62,831 nucleotides of DNA from an uncultured Candidatus Saccharibacteria bacterium (GCA_964505635.1 CAZDIP010000005.1:793-63623), one strand, 5' to 3'. Shown: positions 1-9,256, counted from the stretch's first letter. Numbers and translations: made by a program. Notes: generated from the letters alone by a model not told the origin.

Positions 1-9
1 GTCAAACAC

Positions 10-585
10 ATGCTTGAAATTTCTAAAAAAATTGGATTTATTTGCCTATTTATAGCTCTGGCTTTTCCGTCAGGGATCTTTTACAAGCCTAGCAATAACA
101 GCCAGCCGAAAGAGCATTTTACGATACCCAAACAGCTGGTTTACGTAATTAATGCCCCTGTCAGTAATTTTGTTAATACTTCCCCCCAGGTTGTAAATAA
201 TGTTGAAACAGAATGTAATTTTAATTTAACTTACAATAGAAGCTTGCAGGGTAGTTTGGGATTTAATTTGAATCAACCGGCTACTTGTTTTAATTCTTTG
301 CGGGTTAATAATCTTGCCTCCCCTAAAATTTCTTTACGGGTTTTTGAGTTGCAGGCAATCCACACGCAGCAAGTCGTGGTATTAGATAAAATGCAGATAG
401 ACAACCCCAATCTAACCAATTCTCCTTATGAAAAAAGAACCGAGGTTATTGAAATTTCTTTTTTAGTTTTTTATTTATTAAATATTTTTAGTTTTGGTAA
501 CAAGCTAAAACCCGTTAATTTAAAAAAGGTATTGCAAAGTCAAAATTTTTTTACCAACAGACAACTGTTAGTGCTGAGGTGTTGA
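10..585 (+). CDS. hypothetical protein with N-terminal hydrophobic anchor
   Basis: 191-aa ORF from the track. N-terminal hydrophobic stretch IGFICLFIALAF. No recognisable family motif. Confidence 0.4.
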   Translation: MLEISKKIGFICLFIALAFPSGIFYKPSNNSQPKEHFTIPKQLVYVINAPVSNFVNTSPQVVNNVETECNFNLTYNRSLQGSLGFNLNQPATCFNSLRVNNLASPKISLRVFELQAIHTQQVVVLDKMQIDNPNLTNSPYEKRTEVIEISFLVFYLLNIFSFGNKLKPVNLKKVLQSQNFFTNRQLLVLRC

Positions 586-652
586 CTAAGAAGGCCGTAT
601 TCTTATAAATAATCAAAGCATGTTAATTTAGCATGCAGAAAGAAAACATTTT

Positions 653-1213
653 ATGTCAGATGAAGTGAGAATTAATCGAGCGCCTCAGGCGCCAGTCATG
701 CAAGCCGGTCAAACTGAGTATTCTAGCGGATCCAAGTCTTCCAAGTTACCCTGGTTGATTTTAGGCCTAGTGGTGGTAGTATTGATTGTTGTCGGTGTTT
801 TATTTAGAGATAAACTATTTAGTAAAGGCTCAAAAGATTCCGGAAAAATGGAAAATCAGGTACCCGGCAAAAAATCAGATTATCAGGCAGTATTCTTAAC
901 CAATGGCCAGGTTTACTTTGGAAAAGTAAGCGCTATGGAAAAAGATTTTATGACGGTAAAGGATATTTATTATTTGCAGGTTGTACAGCAGCCGCCATTG
1001 CAAGGCAGCACTCAGGACGCCGCCTCCGGCCAAGCCGCTGCCCAGCCTCAGATTTCCTTAGTTAAACTTGGCAATGAGCTTCATGGTCCGGTTGATGAAA
1101 TGCATATTTCCCGGGCTCAAATTTTGTTCTATGAAGATTTAAAGGAAGACGGTCAGGTAGTTAAAGCTATCCGCAGCTATCAGGCTAACCCGTCCGGAGC
1201 TCCGGCTAACTAA
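653..1213 (+). CDS. hypothetical single-pass membrane protein
   Basis: 186-aa ORF with one TM helix (LPWLILGLVVVVLIVVGVLF). A strong bidirectional terminator follows it. Confidence 0.5.
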   Translation: MSDEVRINRAPQAPVMQAGQTEYSSGSKSSKLPWLILGLVVVVLIVVGVLFRDKLFSKGSKDSGKMENQVPGKKSDYQAVFLTNGQVYFGKVSAMEKDFMTVKDIYYLQVVQQPPLQGSTQDAASGQAAAQPQISLVKLGNELHGPVDEMHISRAQILFYEDLKEDGQVVKAIRSYQANPSGAPAN

Positions 1214-1233
1214 ATTTGGATTTTAAATCCAAT

Positions 1234-1261
1234 AAAAACCCCCGCCTAAGGCGGGGGTTTT
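1234..1261. terminator. bidirectional intrinsic terminator between convergent genes
   Basis: AAAAA-CCCCCGCC-taa-GGCGGGGG-TTTT. The A and T runs on either side allow termination on both strands. Confidence 0.8.
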
Positions 1262-1270
1262 AGTTTGGGT

Positions 1271-1615
1271 TTACTTTAAAGAGCTAACCATTTGATCAAA
1301 GACTTCCGGATATAAGACAGCCATTTCTGCCAGCATCTTGCGATTAATTTCTACTTTGTTCCTTTTTAAATTAGCGGCAAACTTGCTCCAAGTTGTCCCG
1401 TTTTCCCTCAAGGCCGCGTTGGTTCTTATTAACCACAAAGCCCGAAAATCCCTTTTTCGGTTTTTTCGGTCGCGGTATGCGTAAGAGTCTGCCTTAAGCA
1501 ATGCCTGTCTGGCATAAACAAAGTTTGTGGAGCGGCGGTTATCAAATCCCTTGGTTCTCTTAAGTAAGTTTTTTCTTCGTTTATTGGCGGTTACTCCGCG
1601 TTTGATTCTGGTCAT
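1271..1615 (-). CDS. rplT: 50S ribosomal protein L20
   Basis: MTRIKRGVTANKRRKNLLKRTKGF... is a typical L20 N-terminus. It sits in the conserved infC-rpmI-rplT order. Confidence 0.95.
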   Translation of the reverse strand: MTRIKRGVTANKRRKNLLKRTKGFDNRRSTNFVYARQALLKADSYAYRDRKNRKRDFRALWLIRTNAALRENGTTWSKFAANLKRNKVEINRKMLAEMAVLYPEVFDQMVSSLK

Positions 1616-1662
1616 AAATTTAGTAGTAAATAGTAAGTAGGTTAATGCTTGCTCCTTGCTGT

Positions 1663-1857
1663 CTATTTATAAGGAATTAATGCTTTAAGTTTATGAATAG
1701 TTTTGTGCAAAACTAAATCGCGGCGTTTATTTTTAGTTGTCCTTCCGGACTCGCGTGAATTAAAATGATCCTGACCGGTCGCTCTGGCCAGCAACTTACC
1801 GGTTTTAGTTTTTTTTATTCTTTTGGCTGTACCTTGATGGGTTTTTACTTTAGGCAT
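1663..1857 (-). CDS. rpmI: 50S ribosomal protein L35
   Basis: MPKVKTHQGTAKRIKKTKTGKL... 64 aa, basic, located between infC and rplT. Confidence 0.95.
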   Translation of the reverse strand: MPKVKTHQGTAKRIKKTKTGKLLARATGQDHFNSRESGRTTKNKRRDLVLHKTIHKLKALIPYK

Positions 1858-2007
1858 AGAATTGATTAAAATGATTGATATGAATGAACAAGATATTCAT
1901 GCCAGAGACAGAACCGCCTTTGGCGGAAAATGACTGTTATGAATTTAACTGGGCTCGTAGCCAAATCCGATCATTCTTTTAAATTTTTTAAATTCTCGTC
2001 AATTAAA

Positions 2008-2514
2008 TTATTTGCTTGGCGCGACTGTTAAAGACCAGGTCCCGCCCATTCTTTTTAAGGGAATTTCAACTCTATAGGGCTGGGTAATGAAGGTTAAAAA
2101 TTTGGTTAGTTGCTGTCTGCCTAGGTCGCCGAAGGCTTGTTCGCGGCCCCGCATTCTCAGTTCAATTTTTACTAAATCGCCTTCTGCTAGGAATTCGCCG
2201 ACTTTTTTTGCCTTAATGCCCATATCGTGGTCGGAAATTCTCACGCTAATCCAGATAGTCTTGACTTCAGTTTTTTTAGCATTCTTTTTTTGAAGGCTTT
2301 CCGCCTTTTTTTGCTGGTATTTAAACTTAGCAAAGTCAATAAGTTTGGCTACCGGCGGCTGGGCATTGGGAGCGACTTCCACTAAATCCAGGCCATGTTC
2401 AACAGCCAAGGAAATAGCCTCCGATGTTTTCATAACCCCAACCTGTTCACCTGCTTCGTCAATTACTCTTAAGGTAGGAGCCTTGATTTGATGATTGACT
2501 CTGGTTTTTAACAC
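2008..2514 (-). CDS. infC: translation initiation factor IF-3
   Basis: LRVIDEAGEQVGVMKTSEAISLAVEHGLDLVEVAPNAQPPVAKLIDFAKFKYQQKK. The track start is a GTG codon (cac on + at 2512-2514). Confidence 0.93.
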   Translation of the reverse strand: MLKTRVNHQIKAPTLRVIDEAGEQVGVMKTSEAISLAVEHGLDLVEVAPNAQPPVAKLIDFAKFKYQQKKAESLQKKNAKKTEVKTIWISVRISDHDMGIKAKKVGEFLAEGDLVKIELRMRGREQAFGDLGRQQLTKFLTFITQPYRVEIPLKRMGGTWSLTVAPSK

Positions 2515-2586
2515 TCTAAATATTTAATTAGCTTGATAATTATAACTTTTATCAGGTTTTTTGTCAAAGCCTTATGCTCAATAACT

Positions 2587-3960
2587 TTAGGGTACTATTA
2601 TACTTGCAATTGCAGCCACTCCCGCAATAATCATTAAAACGCTTAAAATCCAGCCCAAGCTTTCTATTTTTTTGCTGTTGACCCATTGACCCATAATTCT
2701 TTTGTTGCTGCTTATGCTGACTATAAGCACTAAAACCACCGGTGCTACGAGTCCGTTTACAACCGCGGAATAAATTAAGATTTTTATGGGGTTAAATCCA
2801 AAAAAGTTCAACGCCGCGCCTAAAGCCATGGTAATAATTATAATGCCGTAGAAAGCGTAAGCTTTTTTAAGTTTCCTGTATAAACCCTGCTTCCAGCCAA
2901 AGCTTTCGGCTAAGGCGTAAGCAGCGCTTCCGGCTAAAACCGGCACCGCCAAAAGGCCGGTACCAATTATGCCTAAAGCAAATAGGAGCCCGGCGTAGTT
3001 TCCGGCCAAAGGTTTTAAGGCTAATGCGGCATCTGCCGCGCTTTGTATATTAGTTACGCCGTTTTTGTATAAAACGGTCGCGCATGTAAGGATAATAAAA
3101 AACATCACCAGGTTAGAAAAGAACATGCCGCTCCAAACATCTACGCGCATTTTTTTTATATCCCTGGCTGTGGTTTCAAACAGTCTTTGTTTAATGCTGG
3201 TTCTGCCGTTTAAAATGTTTTCTTCCACCTCTTGCGAACTTTGCCAAAAAAACAGGTAAGGCGAAATAGTGGTTCCCAAAATCCCGCAGACTAAAAAAAG
3301 CGCGTCTTTGCTCGTATGCAATTTAGGCAAAAAGCCAAATTTAAATACTTCGCCCCAGTTAATATTTATGCTAAACGCGGCTAATATGTAGGCAAATAAA
3401 ATTAAAGTCAGCCATTTTAAGTATTTGGCATAATTGGCATAACTGGTAAAAATTTGAAAACCCAGGCTAAAAACAGCAAAGAAAATTACCAGACTCCCGA
3501 AGTTCCATTTCGGATAAATTAGCTGCGTGGCTGCGGCCATGGCGCCTAAATCCGCGCCAATATTAAAGGTGTTGGCGACAAGTAATAAAAATGAACAGAA
3601 GTAGAGGACTTTAGGGCTGAAATAAAGTTTAATGTTGCCTGCTAAGCCCCGTCCAGTGACCATGCCTATCCGGGCGCACATTTCTTGGACTATGGCCATA
3701 AGCGGAAAAGTAAAAGCCGCCAGCCACAAAAAAGTGTAGCCGTAGCGGCTGCCAGCCTGACTATAGGTGGCAATCCCGGAAGGGTCATCGTCAGCTGCGC
3801 CGGTAGTTAAGCCCGGGCCTAAGTTGTCCCAATACTGGCCGGCTTTTTTTAATCTGGCGTGGCTGGTAATGCTTTTGGCCAGGTACTCGGAAACCGTAAT
3901 GGTTTTATCTAATGTAATAGCCGGAGCGCTGACTATTTTTTCGATTATTTTTTCTGGCAA
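2587..3960 (-). CDS. NRAMP-family divalent metal cation transporter
   Basis: 457 aa, polytopic. N-terminal GPGLTTGAADDDPSGIATYSQAG block is typical of Nramp/MntH-like COG1914 proteins. Confidence 0.85.
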   Translation of the reverse strand: MPEKIIEKIVSAPAITLDKTITVSEYLAKSITSHARLKKAGQYWDNLGPGLTTGAADDDPSGIATYSQAGSRYGYTFLWLAAFTFPLMAIVQEMCARIGMVTGRGLAGNIKLYFSPKVLYFCSFLLLVANTFNIGADLGAMAAATQLIYPKWNFGSLVIFFAVFSLGFQIFTSYANYAKYLKWLTLILFAYILAAFSININWGEVFKFGFLPKLHTSKDALFLVCGILGTTISPYLFFWQSSQEVEENILNGRTSIKQRLFETTARDIKKMRVDVWSGMFFSNLVMFFIILTCATVLYKNGVTNIQSAADAALALKPLAGNYAGLLFALGIIGTGLLAVPVLAGSAAYALAESFGWKQGLYRKLKKAYAFYGIIIITMALGAALNFFGFNPIKILIYSAVVNGLVAPVVLVLIVSISSNKRIMGQWVNSKKIESLGWILSVLMIIAGVAAIASIIVP

Positions 3961-4035
3961 TTTTATTTCAAATTTGCTGCTATTTAGCAGTATTTTACCA
4001 CAGTTTGTATTTTTTAGCTAATTTTTATCTGGTAA

Positions 4036-4758
4036 TTAGCTTAAGTCTTGGTCGGTAAAAATTTCGGTTTTTTGGGGGTTATGTAAGCCTAATGCGGGCA
4101 ATAAAAAGTCTGGAAGGCTTTTATCCTTTAATTCCTTAAGTATTGGCCGTTTTTCGGTTCCGCAAATTAAGGCAACGGCGCGGCTTGCCAAGCTTAGTAA
4201 ATTAAAATTTGCGGTGACTCTTAGGGGATATTTATGCATGCCTAAAGCCTCATACCCGACCATATAATTTTGGGTTTTAAAAAGTTCGTCAAATCGCGCC
4301 TGAGTTTTTTGGGGGAAAATTCCGGCCGTATGTCCGTCTGCGCCCATCCCGGCAGTTAAAAAAATCTTACCCCGGGGATTAAGCTTGAGCCAGTTTTGTA
4401 AGTTTAAATCCAGACGCTTGGCAAAGTCAGCCAGGCTTTCTTGCATCCTAGGCAGGGTGCCAAAAAAATTTACGTTTGAACTTTGAGCCAAAGTATAAAA
4501 TTCAGTCTTTTGCATCTGTAAAAAGTTATTACCTTTCGGTTCTTGTCCGTAACGTTCGTCCAGCATGCTTACCGTTAAATTTTCACTCAAGGCCTTCTCG
4601 CTTATATAGTCTAAAATTTGCAGGGCTGAGCCGCCTGACAATAGCAGTAAAATAGGGAGCTGGTCGTGGCTTATGAGTACATCGTTTAAAGTTTCCCCGG
4701 CCAAAGCAGCCGCTTCGGCTTGGGAATTAAGGGTAATAATTTTTAGAGGGTTTTTCAT
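4036..4758 (-). CDS. 6-phosphogluconolactonase / glucosamine-6-phosphate isomerase family protein
   Basis: LLLSGGSALQIL and GMGADGHTAGIFP motifs are characteristic of the family. Confidence 0.7.
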   Translation of the reverse strand: MKNPLKIITLNSQAEAAALAGETLNDVLISHDQLPILLLLSGGSALQILDYISEKALSENLTVSMLDERYGQEPKGNNFLQMQKTEFYTLAQSSNVNFFGTLPRMQESLADFAKRLDLNLQNWLKLNPRGKIFLTAGMGADGHTAGIFPQKTQARFDELFKTQNYMVGYEALGMHKYPLRVTANFNLLSLASRAVALICGTEKRPILKELKDKSLPDFLLPALGLHNPQKTEIFTDQDLS

Positions 4759-4833
4759 GGCTAGTTTATTGTATCAGACTCGCGCGCGGTTGTGCTATAA
4801 TTTAGGCATACAAAAAAAATTTTTGAAACAAAA

Positions 4834-5748
4834 ATGTCAATAGTCCAAATTGTTTTGCCGATTTTTGTGATTATTTTTGCCGGTTTTTATTTGAGGCGCA
4901 GAAATGTGGTAAAGATTCACTGGATCCACACTTTAAACGCTTACGTGTATTATGTGGCGCTGCCGGCAATAATTTTAGCCAGTTTTTGGGAAATTAACTG
5001 GCGCCACGCTGTTATGTGGCGTTTGCTCGGCCTAAATTTGCTCGGCCTGCTTTTATTCTCCGCTTTGCTGTTTTTCGCACTTCATTTTTTTAAGATGTCA
5101 GCCAGGCTAAAAGCCGCGGTTTATGTAACGGCCTTGGTCGGTAACACTATTTACATGGGCTTTCCCATAGCGGGCGGCGCTTTTGGTTCCAGCTTATTTC
5201 CAAGCGTTATAGCCGCCGCCACCGGGCACTTGGCCTTTGGCATAGTCTTTGGAATTTTGGCAGCCGAGTTTTTGGTGGTTAAATCCAGAAATTTTAAATC
5301 TTACTTCAGGGATTTTGCCAAGAATCCTTTAATGGTGGCTTTGTTTTTGGGCATGGCGCTTAGTGTTCTGAATTTAAATCAACCGTTTTTTGACATACTC
5401 AAAAAACCTTTAACCATGCTGGGAGCTACGGCTTCGCCCGTGGCATTGTTTGCCTTGGGCGGTTTTTTGCACGGCAAGTTTATGAAAAAGCATTTGGCAT
5501 TGAGCTTGCTTACCGCCTCACTTAAGCTTTTGGCTTTACCGTTGTTTATGGCCTTAGTATTTAAAGGGGTTGCCGGTTTTAAAACTTATTTGCCCCTAAC
5601 TGTGCTTGTTTCCGCCATGCCTTCGGCTGTGACCTGTTTTATTATTGCCGAACAGTACGATTTGCAGGAAGATTTTGTGGCTAATACCATTGTTATTAGC
5701 ACGGTTTTGTCCCTGCTTACCATTTCCGCCTTTTTAATTTTTCTTTAG
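4834..5748 (+). CDS. AEC (auxin efflux carrier) family transporter
   Basis: 304 aa with about 10 TM helices. The N-terminus LPIFVIIFAGFYLRR is typical of AEC permeases. Confidence 0.8.
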   Translation: MSIVQIVLPIFVIIFAGFYLRRRNVVKIHWIHTLNAYVYYVALPAIILASFWEINWRHAVMWRLLGLNLLGLLLFSALLFFALHFFKMSARLKAAVYVTALVGNTIYMGFPIAGGAFGSSLFPSVIAAATGHLAFGIVFGILAAEFLVVKSRNFKSYFRDFAKNPLMVALFLGMALSVLNLNQPFFDILKKPLTMLGATASPVALFALGGFLHGKFMKKHLALSLLTASLKLLALPLFMALVFKGVAGFKTYLPLTVLVSAMPSAVTCFIIAEQYDLQEDFVANTIVISTVLSLLTISAFLIFL

Positions 5749-6419
5749 AATTTAAAAGGATTGAAATTAGTTTGGTTGTCGTAGAAGTCCGAATTTTCCG
5801 CGCGCTTTAGGAAATTGACTATCCAGTAAGTAAGCGGGGTGGCCAGAATTTCATACAATACTTTAAAGATATAAATTGTGCCAGCTATGTTTATAACTAA
5901 AGACAACGGCAGGACCCCGTAAAAGGCAATTAAGCTAAATACCGCGGAGTCTGCCAGCTGGCCAAAAATTGTGGAGCCTATCGTGCGAGCCCACAGGCGT
6001 TTGCCTTGGCTGTAAATTTTCATCTTCGCCAGAATATACGAATTGGCGAATTCACCCAAAAAATAGGCGACCATGCTGGCCATAACCAGTCTGGGTACAA
6101 AGCCCAAAATGGCTTCATAGGCTGGCTGGTTTGGCCAGTTTTGCGCCGGCGGCAAGTATTGAACCAGGGCAAAAGTCAGCGCGGCCAGTATTAGGCAAAA
6201 AAATCCGAGCCAAATAATTCTTCTGGCTTTTTGGTAGCCGTAAACTTCGGTTAATATGTCGCCAAAAATGTAGGAGATAGGGAATAAAACGGTGCCGGCG
6301 TCAAAGTTAAACCGGCCGACTTGGGCAATTTTCGTGGAAGCAATGTTGGAAACAAGCAGTACAACTACGAATATAGTGCCAATTAAGTCAAAATAGCGAA
6401 AATTTTCTTTTTCTTGCAT
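5745..6419 (-). CDS. queuosine-precursor transporter family protein (YhhQ/DUF165, VUT family)
   Basis: FPISYIFGDILTEVYGYQKARRIIWLGF block. 224-aa polytopic protein. Confidence 0.8.
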   Translation of the reverse strand: MQEKENFRYFDLIGTIFVVVLLVSNIASTKIAQVGRFNFDAGTVLFPISYIFGDILTEVYGYQKARRIIWLGFFCLILAALTFALVQYLPPAQNWPNQPAYEAILGFVPRLVMASMVAYFLGEFANSYILAKMKIYSQGKRLWARTIGSTIFGQLADSAVFSLIAFYGVLPLSLVINIAGTIYIFKVLYEILATPLTYWIVNFLKRAENSDFYDNQTNFNPFKF

Positions 6420-6515
6420 AAATACAAGCGATTAAATCAAAAATATAATAGCAGACTGAAAGTTTATTGCAAGTTTTTAGTTTTTTGGTTTTCATTTTTT
6501 TGAAAATAGGTTAAT

Positions 6516-7193
6516 ATGGTTAAAGAGATTTATATGACAGACATTGACACAGACAACGAAATTATTCCCGAGGATTTGCCGCCTAAAGTTCAAGCGGTTA
6601 AATCTAGGCGCAAGCCTTCCGTAGAGGGTATTAACGCCCCGGTAGTAAAAAGCTCCAGGACAAGCCCCAGTGTTTTGGCCAAAAATATGGAGGCAATTGT
6701 TCCGCAAGAGCCGGCTAAGATTATCCTGCCTTCCATGGTTAAAGACGGCTCTACAGGCGGCGGGCGCCTGCTTTTAAGCTTGCTTGGTTTTGTTTTGCTA
6801 TTGGTTTTTGGTTATTATGCCTACGGCAATTATTTTCCAAAGCAGCCGGCAGAGAGCGCGGAGCTTTCCATGGAAATTAAGGCGCCGGAAGTAAACACCG
6901 AAGAGCGGGTCTTAAACTCCGCTTTTGTCTCCACTACCACCACCAGTACTATGGAAAATACACAGCCTACCCCGACTCCCACCCCGATTATAGTTAACAG
7001 AATTGTGGTCGATTCCACTTCCACCGGCTATCTAAACGTCCGCGGCCAGCCTTCCACCTCAGCCAAGCTTTTAACCCGGGTCAGTCCCGGAGAAGCTTAT
7101 GAGTATTTAGCAGTGCAAAACGATTGGTATCAGATTGTTTTAAAAGACGGGCAGACAGGCTGGGTGAGCGGCACTTACGTTACCAAACAATAA
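6516..7193 (+). CDS. membrane-anchored bacterial SH3 domain protein
   Basis: Central TM helix, Thr/Pro linker, and C-terminal GYLNVRGQPSTSAKLLTRVSPGEAYEYLAVQNDWYQIVLKDGQTGWVSGTYV (SH3b-like). An alternative ATG lies at 6534. Confidence 0.65.
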   Translation: MVKEIYMTDIDTDNEIIPEDLPPKVQAVKSRRKPSVEGINAPVVKSSRTSPSVLAKNMEAIVPQEPAKIILPSMVKDGSTGGGRLLLSLLGFVLLLVFGYYAYGNYFPKQPAESAELSMEIKAPEVNTEERVLNSAFVSTTTTSTMENTQPTPTPTPIIVNRIVVDSTSTGYLNVRGQPSTSAKLLTRVSPGEAYEYLAVQNDWYQIVLKDGQTGWVSGTYVTKQ

Positions 7194-7202
7194 AATATTC
7201 AA

Positions 7203-7236
7203 CAAAGCACCCCGCTATTAGGCGGGGTGCTTTGTT
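7203..7236 (+). terminator. intrinsic terminator after the SH3 gene
   Basis: CAAAGCACCCCGC-tattag-GCGGGGTGCTTTG followed by a T-rich tail. Confidence 0.8.
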
Positions 7237-7385
7237 AGGTAATCATTTACGTAAACAATTACGTAAATGATTAGGTAATGGTAAGTTTGTATTTACTTTA
7301 TTGTACGTCGAAACCATAATTGTTTGGTTAGCCTTATTGTAATCTTTAGCCTGTTATATTATTGTGTTAGAGAAAGGAGGCTGGC

Positions 7386-7550
7386 ATGGCGGATTCGCCA
7401 AACAATACTGCACCTGAATCTCAGTCGCAACAGGGCGCCTCTTCTGAGCAAGCGACTTCAGACCACGCAAGTGGATGCACTTGCGTGGTCTGCCAAATTG
7501 CCGGAGGCAGCAGCTGCACTGAGAGTTACGCGTTACTGGACGACATGTAA
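7386..7550 (+). CDS. candidate small protein (54 aa) with hydrophilic N-half and Cys/Ser/Thr-rich C-half
   Basis: Not in the track (under 60 aa). AGAAAGGAGG lies 5 nt before the ATG. An extended -10 (TGtTATATT) is at 7352-7360 and a terminator at 7622-7650. Translation: MADSPNNTAPESQSQQGASSEQATSDHASGCTCVVCQIAGGSSCTESYALLDDM. Confidence 0.4.
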   Translation: MADSPNNTAPESQSQQGASSEQATSDHASGCTCVVCQIAGGSSCTESYALLDDM

Positions 7551-7621
7551 GTAATATCCTACCGGCGTAGACGGTGATTCATCTAAAAAGGTCGTTAAAG
7601 CTCGCAGGAGGCGAGCATCTA

Positions 7622-7650
7622 AAGAGCCCGACCAGCTCTTTTTGTTTTGC
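7622..7650 (+). terminator. intrinsic terminator of the small-ORF transcript
   Basis: AGAGC-ccgacca-GCTCT followed by TTTTGTTTTG. It is preceded by the hairpin GCTCGC-aggag-GCGAGC. Confidence 0.6.
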
Positions 7651-7728
7651 TAGAGGTATTCTTGTAAAAAAAAATTTTAACTTTTTTATATAGTGGACAC
7701 ACTCCAAATCAGAGTTTGTGAAATTAGT

Positions 7729-7757
7729 TTGACAAATTAGTATGAATGTGATATAAT
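7729..7757 (+). promoter_or_regulatory. consensus sigma70-type promoter for the DEAD-box helicase gene
   Basis: TTGACA (7729-7734), 17-nt spacer, TATAAT (7752-7757). Confidence 0.75.
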
Positions 7758-7847
7758 TCAGGCAAATCTGTTTGCCTGAATAATTTTCATATACTCATTT
7801 CCGCAAAAAATCTGTATACGCAAAGACAGGCGGAAATTTTTTTATAT

Positions 7848-9218
7848 ATGACAACAACAAATTTTAATTCATTAGGCATAGCTCCTAAACTTTTGGAAAT
7901 AATGGACAGGCTGGATTTTAAGGTACCTACGCCAATCCAACATCAATCCATTCCAATTGCCATAGAAGGCAAAGACATAGTGGGTATTGCCCAAACCGGC
8001 ACAGGCAAGACCCTGGCTTTCGGCATACCTATGATTCAAATTCTGGCAACAAAAAAAGGCAAAGGCCTTGTAATACTGCCGACGCGCGAGTTAGCGCTCC
8101 AGGTAAATGAGTTATTAAAAAAGATAGGGAAGTCTTTAGGCCTCAAAACCGCAATTTTAATAGGCGGAGAAAGCATTAGCAGGCAAGTCCGCCAGTTAAG
8201 GAACAATCCGCATATTATTATCGCTACACCCGGCAGGCTTATTGACCATTTGGACCAAAAAACAGTGCGCTTGGAAGGTATTACAATTTTAGTATTAGAT
8301 GAGGCTGACAGGATGCTGGATATGGGCTTTGCCCCCCAGATTAAAAAAATCCTCCAAATAGTGCCTAAAGAAAGGCAGACCATGCTTTTTTCCGCAACGA
8401 TGCCGGGGGATATAATGCAGATTGCGGAAAGCTATATGCGAATTCCGGTGCGTGTGGAAATTGCTCCCGCGGGGAGCACTCTTGACTCAACTACTCAAGA
8501 ACTTTTTTTCGTGCGCAAGGAAGACAAGCTCTCTTTGCTAAAAAATGTATTAAACCAATATAAAGGCAGCTGCCTTATTTTTACAAGGACAAAATTTGGC
8601 GCGAAAAAATTAGCAAATTCTATCCGCAATTTCGGCGTGGCTTCCGCGGAAATACATTCCAACCGCTCTTTAAACCAGCGGATTGAAGCTTTGGACGGAT
8701 TTAGAATAGGGAAATATAGGGCGCTTGTAGCAACCGATATTGCCGCGCGCGGCATAGACGTGGCTGGAATTGAACTTGTGGTAAACTATGACCTGCCGCA
8801 GCAACCGGAAGATTACGTGCATAGAATCGGAAGGACGGGCAGGGCAAAGCGTGAAGGGCATGCCATTACTTTTGCAACCTTTGAACAAAAATTTGATATC
8901 AGGTTAATTGAGAGGCTTATTAGAAAAACTTTACCTGTTTCCAAACTGCCGGGCTCTTTAAAAATACCGCAGCCGGTGGAACCTATGTCTTCTTTCGGCG
9001 GGTTTAGGGCTGCTAACCGTGAACCCATGGAAAGTTTCGGGCACGGGAAGTTCCGTCCTGTTAAAAGGCCAAGGCCGTTTCGCAGTTCGCATGCCAAAAG
9101 GCATCAAGGACAAAGTAGGAAGCCATACGTCAGTTTGCATGAAGGCAGTAGCGAGCACGGACATTTTATGAGAAGAAAAAAGCCGTTTGGTAGGCACAGG
9201 ACAAACAAATTTAGGTAA
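7848..9218 (+). CDS. DEAD-box ATP-dependent RNA helicase with basic C-terminal tail
   Basis: AQTGTGKT (motif I), DEAD, SAT and HRIGRTGR motifs. The C-terminal roughly 90 aa are Arg/Lys/His-rich. Confidence 0.93.
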   Translation: MTTTNFNSLGIAPKLLEIMDRLDFKVPTPIQHQSIPIAIEGKDIVGIAQTGTGKTLAFGIPMIQILATKKGKGLVILPTRELALQVNELLKKIGKSLGLKTAILIGGESISRQVRQLRNNPHIIIATPGRLIDHLDQKTVRLEGITILVLDEADRMLDMGFAPQIKKILQIVPKERQTMLFSATMPGDIMQIAESYMRIPVRVEIAPAGSTLDSTTQELFFVRKEDKLSLLKNVLNQYKGSCLIFTRTKFGAKKLANSIRNFGVASAEIHSNRSLNQRIEALDGFRIGKYRALVATDIAARGIDVAGIELVVNYDLPQQPEDYVHRIGRTGRAKREGHAITFATFEQKFDIRLIERLIRKTLPVSKLPGSLKIPQPVEPMSSFGGFRAANREPMESFGHGKFRPVKRPRPFRSSHAKRHQGQSRKPYVSLHEGSSEHGHFMRRKKPFGRHRTNKFR

Positions 9219-9256
9219 CAAAAACCCCGCTCTTTTAAAAGAGCGGGGTTTTTGTT
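9217..9256. terminator. bidirectional intrinsic terminator (helicase / cold-shock gene)
   Basis: AACAAAAACCCCGCTC-ttttaaaa-GAGCGGGGTTTTTGTT. Confidence 0.85.

Noticed and set aside
7324-7554. 76-aa track ORF in the GC-rich island
   Set aside because: It has no Shine-Dalgarno and an implausible composition. A different frame carries a perfect RBS and a 54-codon ORF (7386-7550), which I report instead with modest confidence.
8036-9221. Cluster of antisense ORFs (8036-8383, 8495-8755, 8670-8888, 8813-9097, 8958-9221) within the DEAD-box helicase gene
   Set aside because: All lie inside a gene with the complete helicase motif set on the opposite strand. None has an RBS or a recognisable motif.
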